A stretch of 64,000 bases of DNA. Origin: a bacterium. Lineage in GTDB: Bacteria; Patescibacteriota; Minisyncoccia; UBA6257; 02-FULL-45-10c. Both the position numbers and the translations under genes were made by a program. This document shows positions 48,285-56,609 of this stretch, piece after piece; the first letter of the stretch is position 1, and every line of letters begins with the position of its first letter. The notes beneath the pieces are model-generated. The model saw only the letters and a list, made by a program, of their open reading frames with translations. It searched no databases and was not told where the DNA came from. Location: positions 28,623-92,622 of the forward strand of contig JAUYKI010000015.1 of assembly GCA_030700025.1 (NCBI GenBank). The letters are read 5' to 3'.

Positions 48285-48781
48285 AGCGCGTAATTCTGGA
48301 AAGTCCGTTTGCCGGAGAAGTTGAAAGAAATATCCAATATGCCCGGCTTTGCCTGCGGGATTGCCTAAAAAGAGGCGAGGCTCCGATTGCCAGCCATCTA
48401 TTATATACGCAACCCGGCGTGCTCGATGACGACCAGCCAGAAGAACGGCGATTAGGAATAGAAGCGGGGTTAGTCTGGGGATCGTTGGCTGAAATGACCG
48501 TAGTCTACGCGGACTTTGGAATCTCTAAAGGAATGCAATATGGCATTGACCACGCTAAACAAGAAGCCCGGCCAGTAGAAATCCGCTATCTGTCCATAGA
48601 TGTTGTGATGAACCTCGCTAAGAGGTTTGCCATGACTATTTGCGACGGCTGTAATGTAAATGCGCCATTTGAACACCGCTGTCACGGAGATAGAGCATTT
48701 ATTAACGGAGAAAGAAAGCCATTTAAGTCCTGCGAATGCCCGATTTGCCGAGAGCAAGAACGAATCATTAACCAAAAATAA
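48281..48781 (+). CDS. Nucleoside 2-deoxyribosyltransferase-like (DUF1937/DUF4406-like) protein with a C-terminal Cys-rich zinc ribbon; translationally coupled to the deaminase gene
   Basis: VILESPFAGEVERNIQYARLCLRDCLKRGEAPIASHLLY resembles the N-terminal motif of the DUF1937/DUF4406 fold. CDGC...C..CPIC cluster. ATGA start/stop overlap at 48281. Confidence 0.35.
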   Translation: MKRVILESPFAGEVERNIQYARLCLRDCLKRGEAPIASHLLYTQPGVLDDDQPEERRLGIEAGLVWGSLAEMTVVYADFGISKGMQYGIDHAKQEARPVEIRYLSIDVVMNLAKRFAMTICDGCNVNAPFEHRCHGDRAFINGERKPFKSCECPICREQERIINQK

Positions 48782-48811
48782 AACCCTGACTTTTAAATCG
48801 AGGCTTGTCCC

Positions 48812-48840
48812 CTACATAATTTATGTGGGGGATTTTTAAT
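48812..48840. terminator. Hairpin terminator (cccctacataatttatgtggggg + T-run) between convergent genes
   Basis: 10-bp GC-rich stem with one G·U pair, followed by ATTTTT. Confidence 0.5.
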
Positions 48841-48864
48841 TTAAAACAAATTTTCGCGTTAATC

Positions 48865-49596
48865 CTATCTAATCCCCCACTGGGTAGTCGCGAAAATCAA
48901 AATTAACAGCAATATAAATATAGTAAAGTGCCGCAAAACCAGCTGGCGGTTAATCTTTCCCTGGAAATGATGCCGGGCGAAATCAAACAGAATATAAGCG
49001 ATTAGTGTCATCAAGCTGGCGGAATTAACCGGCCCCAAAGGCAACAACGCCACCGCCCACAAAAACTGTAAAACTATAAAAGCCAGCGCCAGCGCCATCA
49101 AGGCCGGCCGTTTGATGAATTTCACCAAAGAGTCCTCCGGCGGCAAAAACCATTCCCGCAGAATCAGCCAAGCTGCCAAAAATACCGCCAAATACTTAAA
49201 AAGAAACCAGGAAGACTTATCTGCCAGAAAAAACAGCAAAAACATTATATAAAATAAAAAAGTGTTCCGGACCAACAGCCATTCCGGACGCCGGATAATA
49301 ATCAGCTCCTGAATACCGACGGTTAAATAAAATAAGCCCGCGGAACCGATAAGGGCCAGAACTAAAAATAACGGGCGGTCCAGAATATTCACCAGCGCGG
49401 CCGAAACGAACAAAAAAACCAAAAAAGAGGCCTGAGCGCCGCGCGCCATCATAAAAACCGCCCAAAGAAAAAATAAAATCGGAAGAATCCCGAAATCTCC
49501 CAATTTTAACAAAAACAAAAAGCCCGCGAAAATCGCGCTCTTAAGAACTAATAGTGACTGCGGCTTCCGTAAAATTAACTTTAATTTTGCCTCCAT
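48865..49596 (-). CDS. Integral membrane protein of unknown function
   Basis: 6–7 hydrophobic helices. The 5' end overlaps the clpB 3' end; the start is uncertain. Confidence 0.4.
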   Translation of the reverse strand: MEAKLKLILRKPQSLLVLKSAIFAGFLFLLKLGDFGILPILFFLWAVFMMARGAQASFLVFLFVSAALVNILDRPLFLVLALIGSAGLFYLTVGIQELIIIRRPEWLLVRNTFLFYIMFLLFFLADKSSWFLFKYLAVFLAAWLILREWFLPPEDSLVKFIKRPALMALALAFIVLQFLWAVALLPLGPVNSASLMTLIAYILFDFARHHFQGKINRQLVLRHFTIFILLLILIFATTQWGIR

Positions 49597-52180
49597 GTTT
49601 TAACTGGCCTCTTATAATCTTATCAGCCATTTTATCTAAAATCATCTTTTGGATTAAACGCCGGATCGGCCGAGCTCCGTATTCGGGGCTAAATCCGTTT
49701 TCTACCAAATAATCTTTTAAGGATTGGGTGAATTCTACCTTAAATCCTTTACCGGAAAACTTCGCCATGGCTTGTTCCAGCTGGAGAGTAACAATCTTTT
49801 CAATATTCTTTTTGGTTAAAGGATTGAAAACAATGACATCGTCTATTCGGTTCAAAAATTCCGGCTTAAACTGCTCGCGCAAAGCATCCTGGACTTTATT
49901 TTTAAATTCCCCTTCTTGATGGACTAATTCAGTATCGCTAGCCGCTGAAAATCCTAAATTAGACATTTGCCGGATAAAATGGCCGCCGACATTGGACGTC
50001 ATAATGATAATGGAGTTTTGAAAATTAACTACCCGCCCCTTGCTGTCGGTTAAACGGCCGTTATCCAAAACCTGCAATAAAATATTGAAGACATCCGAAT
50101 GAGCTTTTTCAATTTCGTCAAAAAGAATCACGCTATAAGGCCGATGCCGGAGGATTTCCGTCAGCTGTCCGCCTTCTTCAAACCCAACATAGCCCGGCGG
50201 CGAACCGATCATTTTGGAAACCGCGTGCTTTTCCATATATTCCGACATATCCAAGCGCACCAAGGCCTTTTCATCGTTAAACATAAATTCCGCCAACGCC
50301 CGCGCCAATTCAGTCTTGCCAACGCCGGTCGGCCCTAAAAACATAAATGATCCTGAAGGCTTATTTTCATCGGAAAGTCCGGCTCTGGCCCGTCGCAAAG
50401 CATTCGCCACCGCGCTAATCGCTTCTTCCTGGCCGATTACTCTTTTCCCCAGAACTTCCTCGATCCTGGTTAATTTATCGGCTTCCGTTTCCAGCATCCG
50501 GGTCACCGGAATGCCGGTCCAGCGAGAAACCACCGAAGCAATATCTTCTTCGTCTACTTTCTCCTTCAAAAATTTGCTTTCCGAAGAAGCTGATTTTTCC
50601 GCTCGCCCAAAATGCTTTTTTTCAAAAACTTTGTATTCCTTTTCCGCCACCGGCAATTCGCCGTAAAGTATCCGGGCAACTTTTTCTAAATCGCCTTCCC
50701 GCTCCGCCACTTCCGCTTGCCGCCGCAAATCATCAATCTTCTTCCGAAAATTATGCAAATTCTCAAAAGTAATTTTTTCTCCGTGCCAGCGTGCCGAAAC
50801 ATCATCATTATTTTCTTTTAACTTAACCAGTTCTTGGTTGATTTCTTTCAGGCGTTTTTTGCCGGCCGTACTTTGTTCTTTAGCTAAAGCGGATTTTTCT
50901 ATTTCCAGCTTGGTTATTTCCCTACGCAACCGGTCAATTTCCCTCGGCAGGCTTTCGCTTTCCAATCGCCGGGCCGCCGCCGCTTCATCAATCAAATCAA
51001 CGGCCTTATCCGGCAAAAAACGGTCCGAAATATAACGAGCCGATAAATTGACAGCGGCAATCAACGCTTCGTCGCTGATCCGCAAGCCATGATGGATTTC
51101 ATATTTTTCTTTCAAGCCCCGCAAAATCGTAACACTGTCTTCAATCGTCGGCTCTTCCACGTGAATCGGCTGAAAGCGCCGCTCCAAAGCCGGGTCTTTT
51201 TCAAAATGCTTCTGATATTCTTTTAAAGTAGTCGCGCCAACGGCATGCAATTCTCCGCGCGCTAAAGCCGGTTTTAACAAATTAGAAGCGTCCACCGCTC
51301 CTTCGGCCGCACCGGCGCCGACAATCATATGAATTTCGTCTATGAATAAAATTAACCGGCCGGCGGAATTCTGGATTTCTTTTATAAATGCTTTTAAACG
51401 GTCTTCAAATTCGCCGCGGAATTTCGTGCCGGCAATTAAAGAACCGATATCCAGCATAATAATTTCTTTGTCTTTTAACGGCTCCGGAACATCGCCAGAC
51501 ACAATTCTCTGCGCCAGGCCTTCCACAATCGCGGTCTTGCCAACGCCCGGCTCGCCGATTAAAACTGGATTATTTTTGGTCCGGCGGGACAAAACCTGGA
51601 TCACTCTCCGCAATTCTTCCTCCCGGCCGATTACCGGATCTAATTTTCCTTCTTTCGCCCGATCCGTAAGATTAATGGCGTATTTATCCAATACCTGGAA
51701 TTTGCTTTCCGGGGTTTCATCCGTTACCCGCGTAGATCCGCGCAATTGCGCTAAAATCCGCAAAGCCATATCTTTTTTCAAACCAAGCCGTTCCAATAAA
51801 ATCTGCGCCGCGGAAGCGGTTTCTAAAATTCCCAAAAGCAAATGCTCACAGGAAATAAACTCGTCATGCTGAGCCTGGGCGATTTTTGCCGCCTTATCCA
51901 GCACGTGCATTAATTCCTGCGATAAATAAAGCTGTCCGACATTGCCGGAAGAAAATATTTTTGGCAATTTCTTCAGCTCTTCCTCAATTTGCTGGTCCAA
52001 AACAGAAATATTAATTCCGGCCTTGCCCAATAGCGGCTGAACTAAAGACTGTCCGTCGGACAAGAGCGCCGATAAAAGATGCAGCGCCTTAAACTCTCCG
52101 TGATTGCGCTGTCCGGCTAAATCCTGGGCGTTTTGCAGGGCCTCCTGCGCTTTGATTGTAAATCTATTGAAATTCTTCAT
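49541..52180 (-). CDS. clpB: ATP-dependent chaperone ClpB (AAA+ disaggregase)
   Basis: Clp N-domain repeats, two AAA+ modules (GEPGVGKT..., [12 protein letters not shown]), a middle coiled-coil domain, and full length of 879 aa. Confidence 0.95.
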   Translation of the reverse strand: MKNFNRFTIKAQEALQNAQDLAGQRNHGEFKALHLLSALLSDGQSLVQPLLGKAGINISVLDQQIEEELKKLPKIFSSGNVGQLYLSQELMHVLDKAAKIAQAQHDEFISCEHLLLGILETASAAQILLERLGLKKDMALRILAQLRGSTRVTDETPESKFQVLDKYAINLTDRAKEGKLDPVIGREEELRRVIQVLSRRTKNNPVLIGEPGVGKTAIVEGLAQRIVSGDVPEPLKDKEIIMLDIGSLIAGTKFRGEFEDRLKAFIKEIQNSAGRLILFIDEIHMIVGAGAAEGAVDASNLLKPALARGELHAVGATTLKEYQKHFEKDPALERRFQPIHVEEPTIEDSVTILRGLKEKYEIHHGLRISDEALIAAVNLSARYISDRFLPDKAVDLIDEAAAARRLESESLPREIDRLRREITKLEIEKSALAKEQSTAGKKRLKEINQELVKLKENNDDVSARWHGEKITFENLHNFRKKIDDLRRQAEVAEREGDLEKVARILYGELPVAEKEYKVFEKKHFGRAEKSASSESKFLKEKVDEEDIASVVSRWTGIPVTRMLETEADKLTRIEEVLGKRVIGQEEAISAVANALRRARAGLSDENKPSGSFMFLGPTGVGKTELARALAEFMFNDEKALVRLDMSEYMEKHAVSKMIGSPPGYVGFEEGGQLTEILRHRPYSVILFDEIEKAHSDVFNILLQVLDNGRLTDSKGRVVNFQNSIIIMTSNVGGHFIRQMSNLGFSAASDTELVHQEGEFKNKVQDALREQFKPEFLNRIDDVIVFNPLTKKNIEKIVTLQLEQAMAKFSGKGFKVEFTQSLKDYLVENGFSPEYGARPIRRLIQKMILDKMADKIIRGQLKHGGKIKVNFTEAAVTISS

Positions 52181-52293
52181 ACGCTTACGCTAATGAAATG
52201 CTAATATACTAATTCATACTAATAATACTAATTAAATTGGTATAATTCGCATGTATTAGTATATTGGTATTACACTATTAGATTAGCAAAAAA

Positions 52294-52320
52294 TTAGCAC
52301 TCTGTCAATGAGAGTGCTAA
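52294..52320. promoter_or_regulatory. CIRCE operator (HrcA binding site): TTAGCACTC-N9-GAGTGCTAA, with a TTGACA -35 hexamer inside the spacer on the clpB strand
   Basis: Perfect match to the CIRCE consensus read directly. A TTGACA-17-TAATCT promoter on the minus strand overlaps it. Confidence 0.75.
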
Positions 52321-52441
52321 TTCTTAGTAAGGGTTCAGGTGTGGGAAATAATCTCAGGCTTGTAATCGGCTGTTCCCGCCCCGTCACTAAAAGAGCATTT
52401 TTATTTCTCGCAGGCGGAAGCCGTAGCGAGCAATGCTCTTT

Positions 52442-52468
52442 TTAGTGCGGGGTCAATGAGAGTGCTAA
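52442..52468. promoter_or_regulatory. Second, degenerate CIRCE-like element (TTAGTGCGG-N9-GAGTGCTAA)
   Basis: The right arm and spacer are identical to the first copy; the left arm is diverged. Confidence 0.4.
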
Positions 52469-52494
52469 TTCTTTGGTATTCAGGGAATTTTATC

Positions 52495-52710
52495 TTACAA
52501 GCTATCTATATCCGCCTCCAAGCCCTGGAGTTCGGCATCCACATCGCCCAAATCAACGGCGTTCAAATCCTGGTCAATCGCCACAGTCGTGTCTTCTTCG
52601 GAAACAGTTTCCGGAGCAATGGCCGGCTGTTGGTTCCACCACCACAAAGCCACGGCCAATAAAACAACTACGACTACCCAAATCCAAGTTTTAGATTTTT
52701 GTGATTCCAT
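52495..52710 (-). CDS. Small protein of 71 aa with one transmembrane helix and an acidic C-terminal tail
   Basis: WIWVVVVVLLAVALWWW hydrophobic segment. No similarity recognised; it may be real or spurious. Confidence 0.3.
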   Translation of the reverse strand: MESQKSKTWIWVVVVVLLAVALWWWNQQPAIAPETVSEEDTTVAIDQDLNAVDLGDVDAELQGLEADIDSL

Positions 52711-52830
52711 CCCTCACCCTTGAAAGGCCTAACGCGTTTCCGCGTTTTTGTTTCAAGGTTAATTTAAATTTATAATTTTATCGACATTTTTAAATATAAT
52801 ACATCAATTCTAATCCCAGCCTTTCAAAGG
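52711..52830. repeat. Intergenic element bounded by an 18-bp inverted repeat (tccctcacccttgaaagg / cctttcaaaggtgaggga, one mismatch) around about 80 bp of AT-rich DNA
   Basis: Read directly. Confidence 0.4.
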
Positions 52831-52848
52831 TGAGGGATTTTATCGCGA

Positions 52849-53595
52849 CTATTGCGTTACTGTGGCATCATCGTCGTCCACTTTCGGAACTCCTTTCAAT
52901 AACCGGTTAGCCTCTACCACTGCCTTGTGAGCAGTTTGAACCAATTCCTTCACGGCCTTTAAATCTTTATTTAAAGTATTCCGTACTTCGCTTACTACGG
53001 ACCGCAATTGGTCCTCGGTCGTCACATTAATCGGATAAGTCTTGGCGAGCTGGGCCTGTAAAGCAACGCGCGCCGCGGCAATCGCGGTTTTCGCTTTTTC
53101 TACGGTCGTCCTAACCACCGTAACATCCGCACCGCGGGTAGCGGCCTTATCCGCCCGCGCGCTGACTTTAGTTAAAGCATTTTCAATGCGAGTTACCATA
53201 GCCAGCCAGTGATTGGTCAACTTCTGATTAAGTTCGGTAAAGCGATTATCTAGCCGTTCTACGACTTCTTTTTTCTTGACATCTTTAATTTTCTCTAACC
53301 GGACTTTTAATTCGGCTTGTTCAGCTTTGCGCCGGGTTTCAAATTGATCCTTCGCCGACTCCAGCCGGACTTTAAAATCTTCCCGTAATTTTTCTACTTG
53401 CGCCTTCCGGTCCGCTTCCAACGTCCGCAAGGATTCCTTAAAGTCAGTCACTGCGGCTTTCCGTTCAGTTTGGAAAGTTTCCTGCGCTTCTCGAATCTTC
53501 GTTGGCACGGCTGTTTCCGCGCCGGTCTGCGCGAATGCCGCTGACCCGCTGGCGACTAGAAAAGCTACCATACTATTAATAATAATTTTATTCAT
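52849..53595 (-). CDS. Secreted alpha-helical / coiled-coil K/E-rich protein
   Basis: Signal peptide MVAFLVASGSAAFA, then repetitive K/E/R-rich helical sequence. Confidence 0.45.
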   Translation of the reverse strand: MNKIIINSMVAFLVASGSAAFAQTGAETAVPTKIREAQETFQTERKAAVTDFKESLRTLEADRKAQVEKLREDFKVRLESAKDQFETRRKAEQAELKVRLEKIKDVKKKEVVERLDNRFTELNQKLTNHWLAMVTRIENALTKVSARADKAATRGADVTVVRTTVEKAKTAIAAARVALQAQLAKTYPINVTTEDQLRSVVSEVRNTLNKDLKAVKELVQTAHKAVVEANRLLKGVPKVDDDDATVTQ

Positions 53596-53609
53596 ACTAA
53601 TTTTAGTTC

Positions 53610-54863
53610 TTAATTAGACGACTTTAATATAAAGTATAACACATCCGATAATTTTTCAGTATCTTTTTTACTCGTTCCCCGGCCGAAAGTAATCCGCAAT
53701 CCGGCGCTGGCCCGCTGGTCCGAATAGCCCAAAGCTTTTAAAACATGCGATGGCTTGCAAATCCGGGCGGCGCAAGCCGCGCCCGGGGAAACCGCGAATC
53801 CTGCCAAATCCAGCTTGATAATTAAATCCTGGGCCGTTTCTTGGCCGGGAAAATATAAATTAACATTATTCGGCAAACGCCTTTCTAAATCCCCGTTTAA
53901 TTCTGCTTTGGGCAAAATAGTTTTAATCCGGTTCAAAAAATATTTTTGTAAATCCCTTAATCGCTTGGCTTCTTTGGCCCGATCCCTATCGGCAATTTCC
54001 ATAGCCTTGGCAAAGCCAATAATGCCGGGAACATTCTCTGTTCCTCCGCGCAATCCCGATTCCTGTCCGCCGCCGGTAATCAGCGGTTGTACCGCTGAAA
54101 AATCCGAAATTCGAATATCGAAATTCGAAATGTTTTGAGTTTTAGATTTTGAATTTTGAATTTGTTTGTGATTTGTGATTTGGAATTTGGAATTTTTCCT
54201 GACATAGAGAAGCCCAACTCCTTTGGGCCCGTAAATTTTTTGAGAAGATAAAGTCATTAAATCTACTCCCAGCCGCTGAACATTGCAATCTAAATAATTA
54301 AATGCCTGGGCCGCGTCAGTATGAAAAAGCGGATATCCGCCGTTAGCCGCCTTGTTTTTCTTGAATTCCGAAATTATTTTGCTGATTTCCAGAATCGGCT
54401 GGATTGTTCCGACTTCATTATTGGCATACATTATGGAAACTAAAATAGTCCGGTCGTCCAAAGCAATTCGGAATTTTTTTAAATCCACAATTCCCTTTTT
54501 ATCTACCGGCAAATAAACCACTTCCACGCCATCCCTCTCCAGCTCTAAACAAGTTTCTAAAATTGATTCGTGTTCCACCGCGGAGATAATAATTTTCGGA
54601 CGGCTGATATTTTTAACCGCGCCCCGCAACGCCAAATTATTCGCCTCGGTCGCTCCGGAAGTAAAAACTATTTCTTTATAATGGCATCCTAAAATCTCCG
54701 CGGCCTTCTGGCGGGCATTAAATACCGCCGCCGACGCTTCCTGGCCAAACCAATGCAAAGCCCCGGGATTGCCGTAGATTTTTCTAAAATACGGCCGCAT
54801 GGCTTTCTCCGCCCGCGGATCCACGGGTGTCGCCGCCGCGTAATCAAAGTAATGTCTGCGCAT
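53610..54863 (-). CDS. Cysteine desulfurase (IscS/NifS family, class V aminotransferase) carrying an inserted low-complexity loop of about 33 aa
   Basis: SSQKIYGPKGVGLLYVRK (PLP-lysine region) and AVSPGAACAARICKPSHVLKALG (catalytic Cys loop). The insert between YVRK and GGGQE is encoded entirely by a heptamer array. Confidence 0.8.
   Translation of the reverse strand: MRRHYFDYAAATPVDPRAEKAMRPYFRKIYGNPGALHWFGQEASAAVFNARQKAAEILGCHYKEIVFTSGATEANNLALRGAVKNISRPKIIISAVEHESILETCLELERDGVEVVYLPVDKKGIVDLKKFRIALDDRTILVSIMYANNEVGTIQPILEISKIISEFKKNKAANGGYPLFHTDAAQAFNYLDCNVQRLGVDLMTLSSQKIYGPKGVGLLYVRKNSKFQITNHKQIQNSKSKTQNISNFDIRISDFSAVQPLITGGGQESGLRGGTENVPGIIGFAKAMEIADRDRAKEAKRLRDLQKYFLNRIKTILPKAELNGDLERRLPNNVNLYFPGQETAQDLIIKLDLAGFAVSPGAACAARICKPSHVLKALGYSDQRASAGLRITFGRGTSKKDTEKLSDVLYFILKSSN
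54097..54201. repeat. Array of about 15 phased heptanucleotide units (sub-families TCGAAAT, RTTTTGA, TGTGATT, TGGAATT), 105 nt in total, encoding a 35-aa insertion in the cysteine desulfurase
   Basis: Units parsed directly. The 7-nt phase is kept across all sub-families. The translation is KNSKFQITNHKQIQNSKSKTQNISNFDIRISDFS. Confidence 0.85.
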
Positions 54864-54867
54864 AATT

Positions 54868-55929
54868 TTATTGTAACTCATTCAATTGTTTTTGGATTTT
54901 ATATCCTTGGCAATGTTTTAACAAGCCCAAATAAGATTGTAAATTTTTGCCATTAATTTTTCTCAATAACCTTCTTTTTGTCTTAGTTCTTAAAATTCTA
55001 TAGTGGGGTCTTGCGATATATCCTAAAAAATCAATTCCTTGGGAAAATTTCCGAATAATTATCTTATTCGGATGTAGGGTTAAATTTAAATTATCCGCTA
55101 AAAACTTGCTTACTTTATCTGTAATTCCTATAAAATTCTCTTTTGTATCGCTTAAAACAACAAAGTCGTCGCAATAACGGAGATAATGTTTAATTTTTAA
55201 TTTATGCTTAATAAATTGGTCCAATTCATTTAAATAGATGTTGGCAAAAAGCTGGCTGGTTACGTTGCCAAGTGGCAATCCTTTGTCCGGATTTTTTTCA
55301 AAACTTTTTATAACTTTTTCAATAAGCCAAATGTCTTTTGGGTCAAAAATTTTCTTTTTGATTAAATTCAATAAAATTTGCTGGTCAATAGAATCAAAAA
55401 ACTTACTGATATCGCACTTTAAAACAAAAACCGGCTTGCAGTAATTCTTGCTCAATTTCCGAAGAAAAATTCCTAACCGTTCTACCGCGATATGCGTCCC
55501 CTTGCCCAGCCGCGATGAATCAGAATCGTAAATAAAACCCTTATCAAAAATCACGTATAAAATCCGAAAAATTGCTTGGTGCAAGACCCGGTCTCGGACG
55601 CTGGCTTTATGAATATGCCGCAATTTCGGGTCTTGAACATAAAAAGCTGTGTATAAATCAGGTTTGTAAATTTTATCCTTTAATTCCTGATGAAGTTGAA
55701 ATAAATTGTCTTCCAGATTAAACTCAAATTGCTGAACGTCCGATTTTTTCCTTTTTCCGCGCCGGAATTCTTTCCACGCTAAAAATAAATTTTCCAGCGA
55801 AATTATCCGTTCAAAAATATTATGACTTTTAATACCCCCCCCCCTCCAAATTTGCCTCTGATTCATAAGCTTGATGAATTCTATCGCAATATCTATCTGC
55901 TCGGCAAGCAAATTCCGAAACGGGATCAT
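54868..55929 (-). CDS. Diversity-generating retroelement (DGR) reverse transcriptase
   Basis: RT motifs 1–7 are present. These include DISKFFDSID and the DGR-type motif 4 GLPLGNVTSQLFANIYL (I/LGxxxSQ where other RTs have QGxxxSP). Also present are YLRYCDDFVV (YxDD) and LHPNKIIIRKFSQGIDFLGY. Similarity is closest to Bordetella phage bRT as recalled from memory. The true start is probably internal (about 55866) or near the G10 tract. Confidence 0.9.
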   Translation of the reverse strand: MIPFRNLLAEQIDIAIEFIKLMNQRQIWRGGGIKSHNIFERIISLENLFLAWKEFRRGKRKKSDVQQFEFNLEDNLFQLHQELKDKIYKPDLYTAFYVQDPKLRHIHKASVRDRVLHQAIFRILYVIFDKGFIYDSDSSRLGKGTHIAVERLGIFLRKLSKNYCKPVFVLKCDISKFFDSIDQQILLNLIKKKIFDPKDIWLIEKVIKSFEKNPDKGLPLGNVTSQLFANIYLNELDQFIKHKLKIKHYLRYCDDFVVLSDTKENFIGITDKVSKFLADNLNLTLHPNKIIIRKFSQGIDFLGYIARPHYRILRTKTKRRLLRKINGKNLQSYLGLLKHCQGYKIQKQLNELQ

Positions 55930-56181
55930 TTTGGAATTTTTTTGAAAATTGAAAATGTTTTACTAGATGTTCTCGAATTGATTATTACTGCTTCCCTAGA
56001 AACTAAAATTAATAAAATTTCGCCGTTGAATTCTGCTCGGATTAAAATAGAAATCCTAAAACGGCTGATTAGATTGATACAGGAATTTAAAATCATTGAA
56101 GCGAATAAATATCTTACGTTAGAAAAAGACCTTCAAGAAATTTCCAAAATGATCAACGGCTGGATTAAATACTTAAAATAA
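55822..56181 (+). CDS. DGR accessory variability determinant (Avd-like four-helix-bundle protein)
   Basis: 119 aa. LIHKLDEFYRNIYLLGKQIPKRDHFGIFLKIENVLLDVLELIITA aligns with Bordetella bAvd LIVERYERVISYLYPIAQSIPRKHGVAREMFLKCLLGQVELFIVA. The C-terminal EISKMINGWIKYLK aligns with EVGRILGSWIARV. The bAvd sequence is recalled from memory. The ORF is on the opposite strand to the RT and target. Confidence 0.65.
   Translation: MTFNTPPPPNLPLIHKLDEFYRNIYLLGKQIPKRDHFGIFLKIENVLLDVLELIITASLETKINKISPLNSARIKIEILKRLIRLIQEFKIIEANKYLTLEKDLQEISKMINGWIKYLK
55836..55845. repeat. Homopolymeric C10 (G10 on the RT strand) tract in the region shared by the 5' ends of the RT and Avd ORFs
   Basis: Counted directly. 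It encodes PPPP in Avd and RGGG in the RT ORF. Confidence 0.9.
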
Positions 56182-56204
56182 ATAACTCCGATTAAGGAGT
56201 TATT
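56181..56204. other. 9-bp stem hairpin (aataactcc-GATTAA-ggagttatt) between the Avd stop and the TR
   Basis: Read directly. Confidence 0.4.
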
Positions 56205-56208
56205 TATA

Positions 56209-56336
56209 GAAACTTCTGCGCGAGTCCGCAAATTACCATTGGCGTTGTCCGGATTGTACCAGTTGACCTTGAGCTTGCGATTGATCGGATTCCAATTCAC
56301 GTTCGGCACGTTGCCATTAGGATTGCGCGAACCAGC
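56209..56336 (-). other. DGR template repeat (TR), 128 nt, coding-sense on the minus strand
   Basis: Co-oriented near-identical copy of the VR. All 24 TR/VR differences sit at TR adenines. In the target frame it encodes AGSRNPNGNVPNVNWNPINRKLKVNWYNPDNANGNLRTRAEVS, with 13 AAY codons. Confidence 0.85.
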
Positions 56337-56553
56337 TTTTGCTTGTCTCCTGCTATATCACCGATAATCTTATAACAAAATTATCTGAGTTTTCCGGACA
56401 CACCGGATTTATTTTTGTAGCATTCACCAACGGCGAAACCTACACCAAAAACAAGCAAGCAGTTTCTGTTATTTGTGGTAAATCACTATCCGCCGTAGGC
56501 GGACTGATTATATTAACCGTAATTAGAATAAATCAATTTTGACCAAAAGAAAA

Positions 56554-56580
56554 TCCCCAGTCGCCTTTGGCGACTGGGGA
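56554..56580 (-). terminator. 12-bp GC-rich hairpin (tccccagtcgcc-TTT-ggcgactgggga) followed by a T-run on the minus strand, about 30 nt after the target stop
   Basis: Read directly. It could be the target-gene terminator, the DGR structure downstream of the VR, or both. Confidence 0.6.
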
Positions 56581-56609
56581 TTAAGGGTTCAAGTCAAAAG
56601 ATTCAAGGG

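Noticed and set aside
54097-54201. The heptamer arrays as a possible CRISPR array or other non-coding repeat locus
   Set aside because: The units are 7 nt with no spacers. They are translated in frame as part of intact, well-conserved enzymes (IscS, phosphohexomutase, GT4). No cas genes were recognised in the window.
56339-56542. ORF of 67 aa on the plus strand between the TR and the VR
   Set aside because: It lies antisense to the likely TR–RT transcript leader, with no RBS and no similarity. It was treated as non-coding spacer containing a small hairpin (ccgccgtaggcgg).
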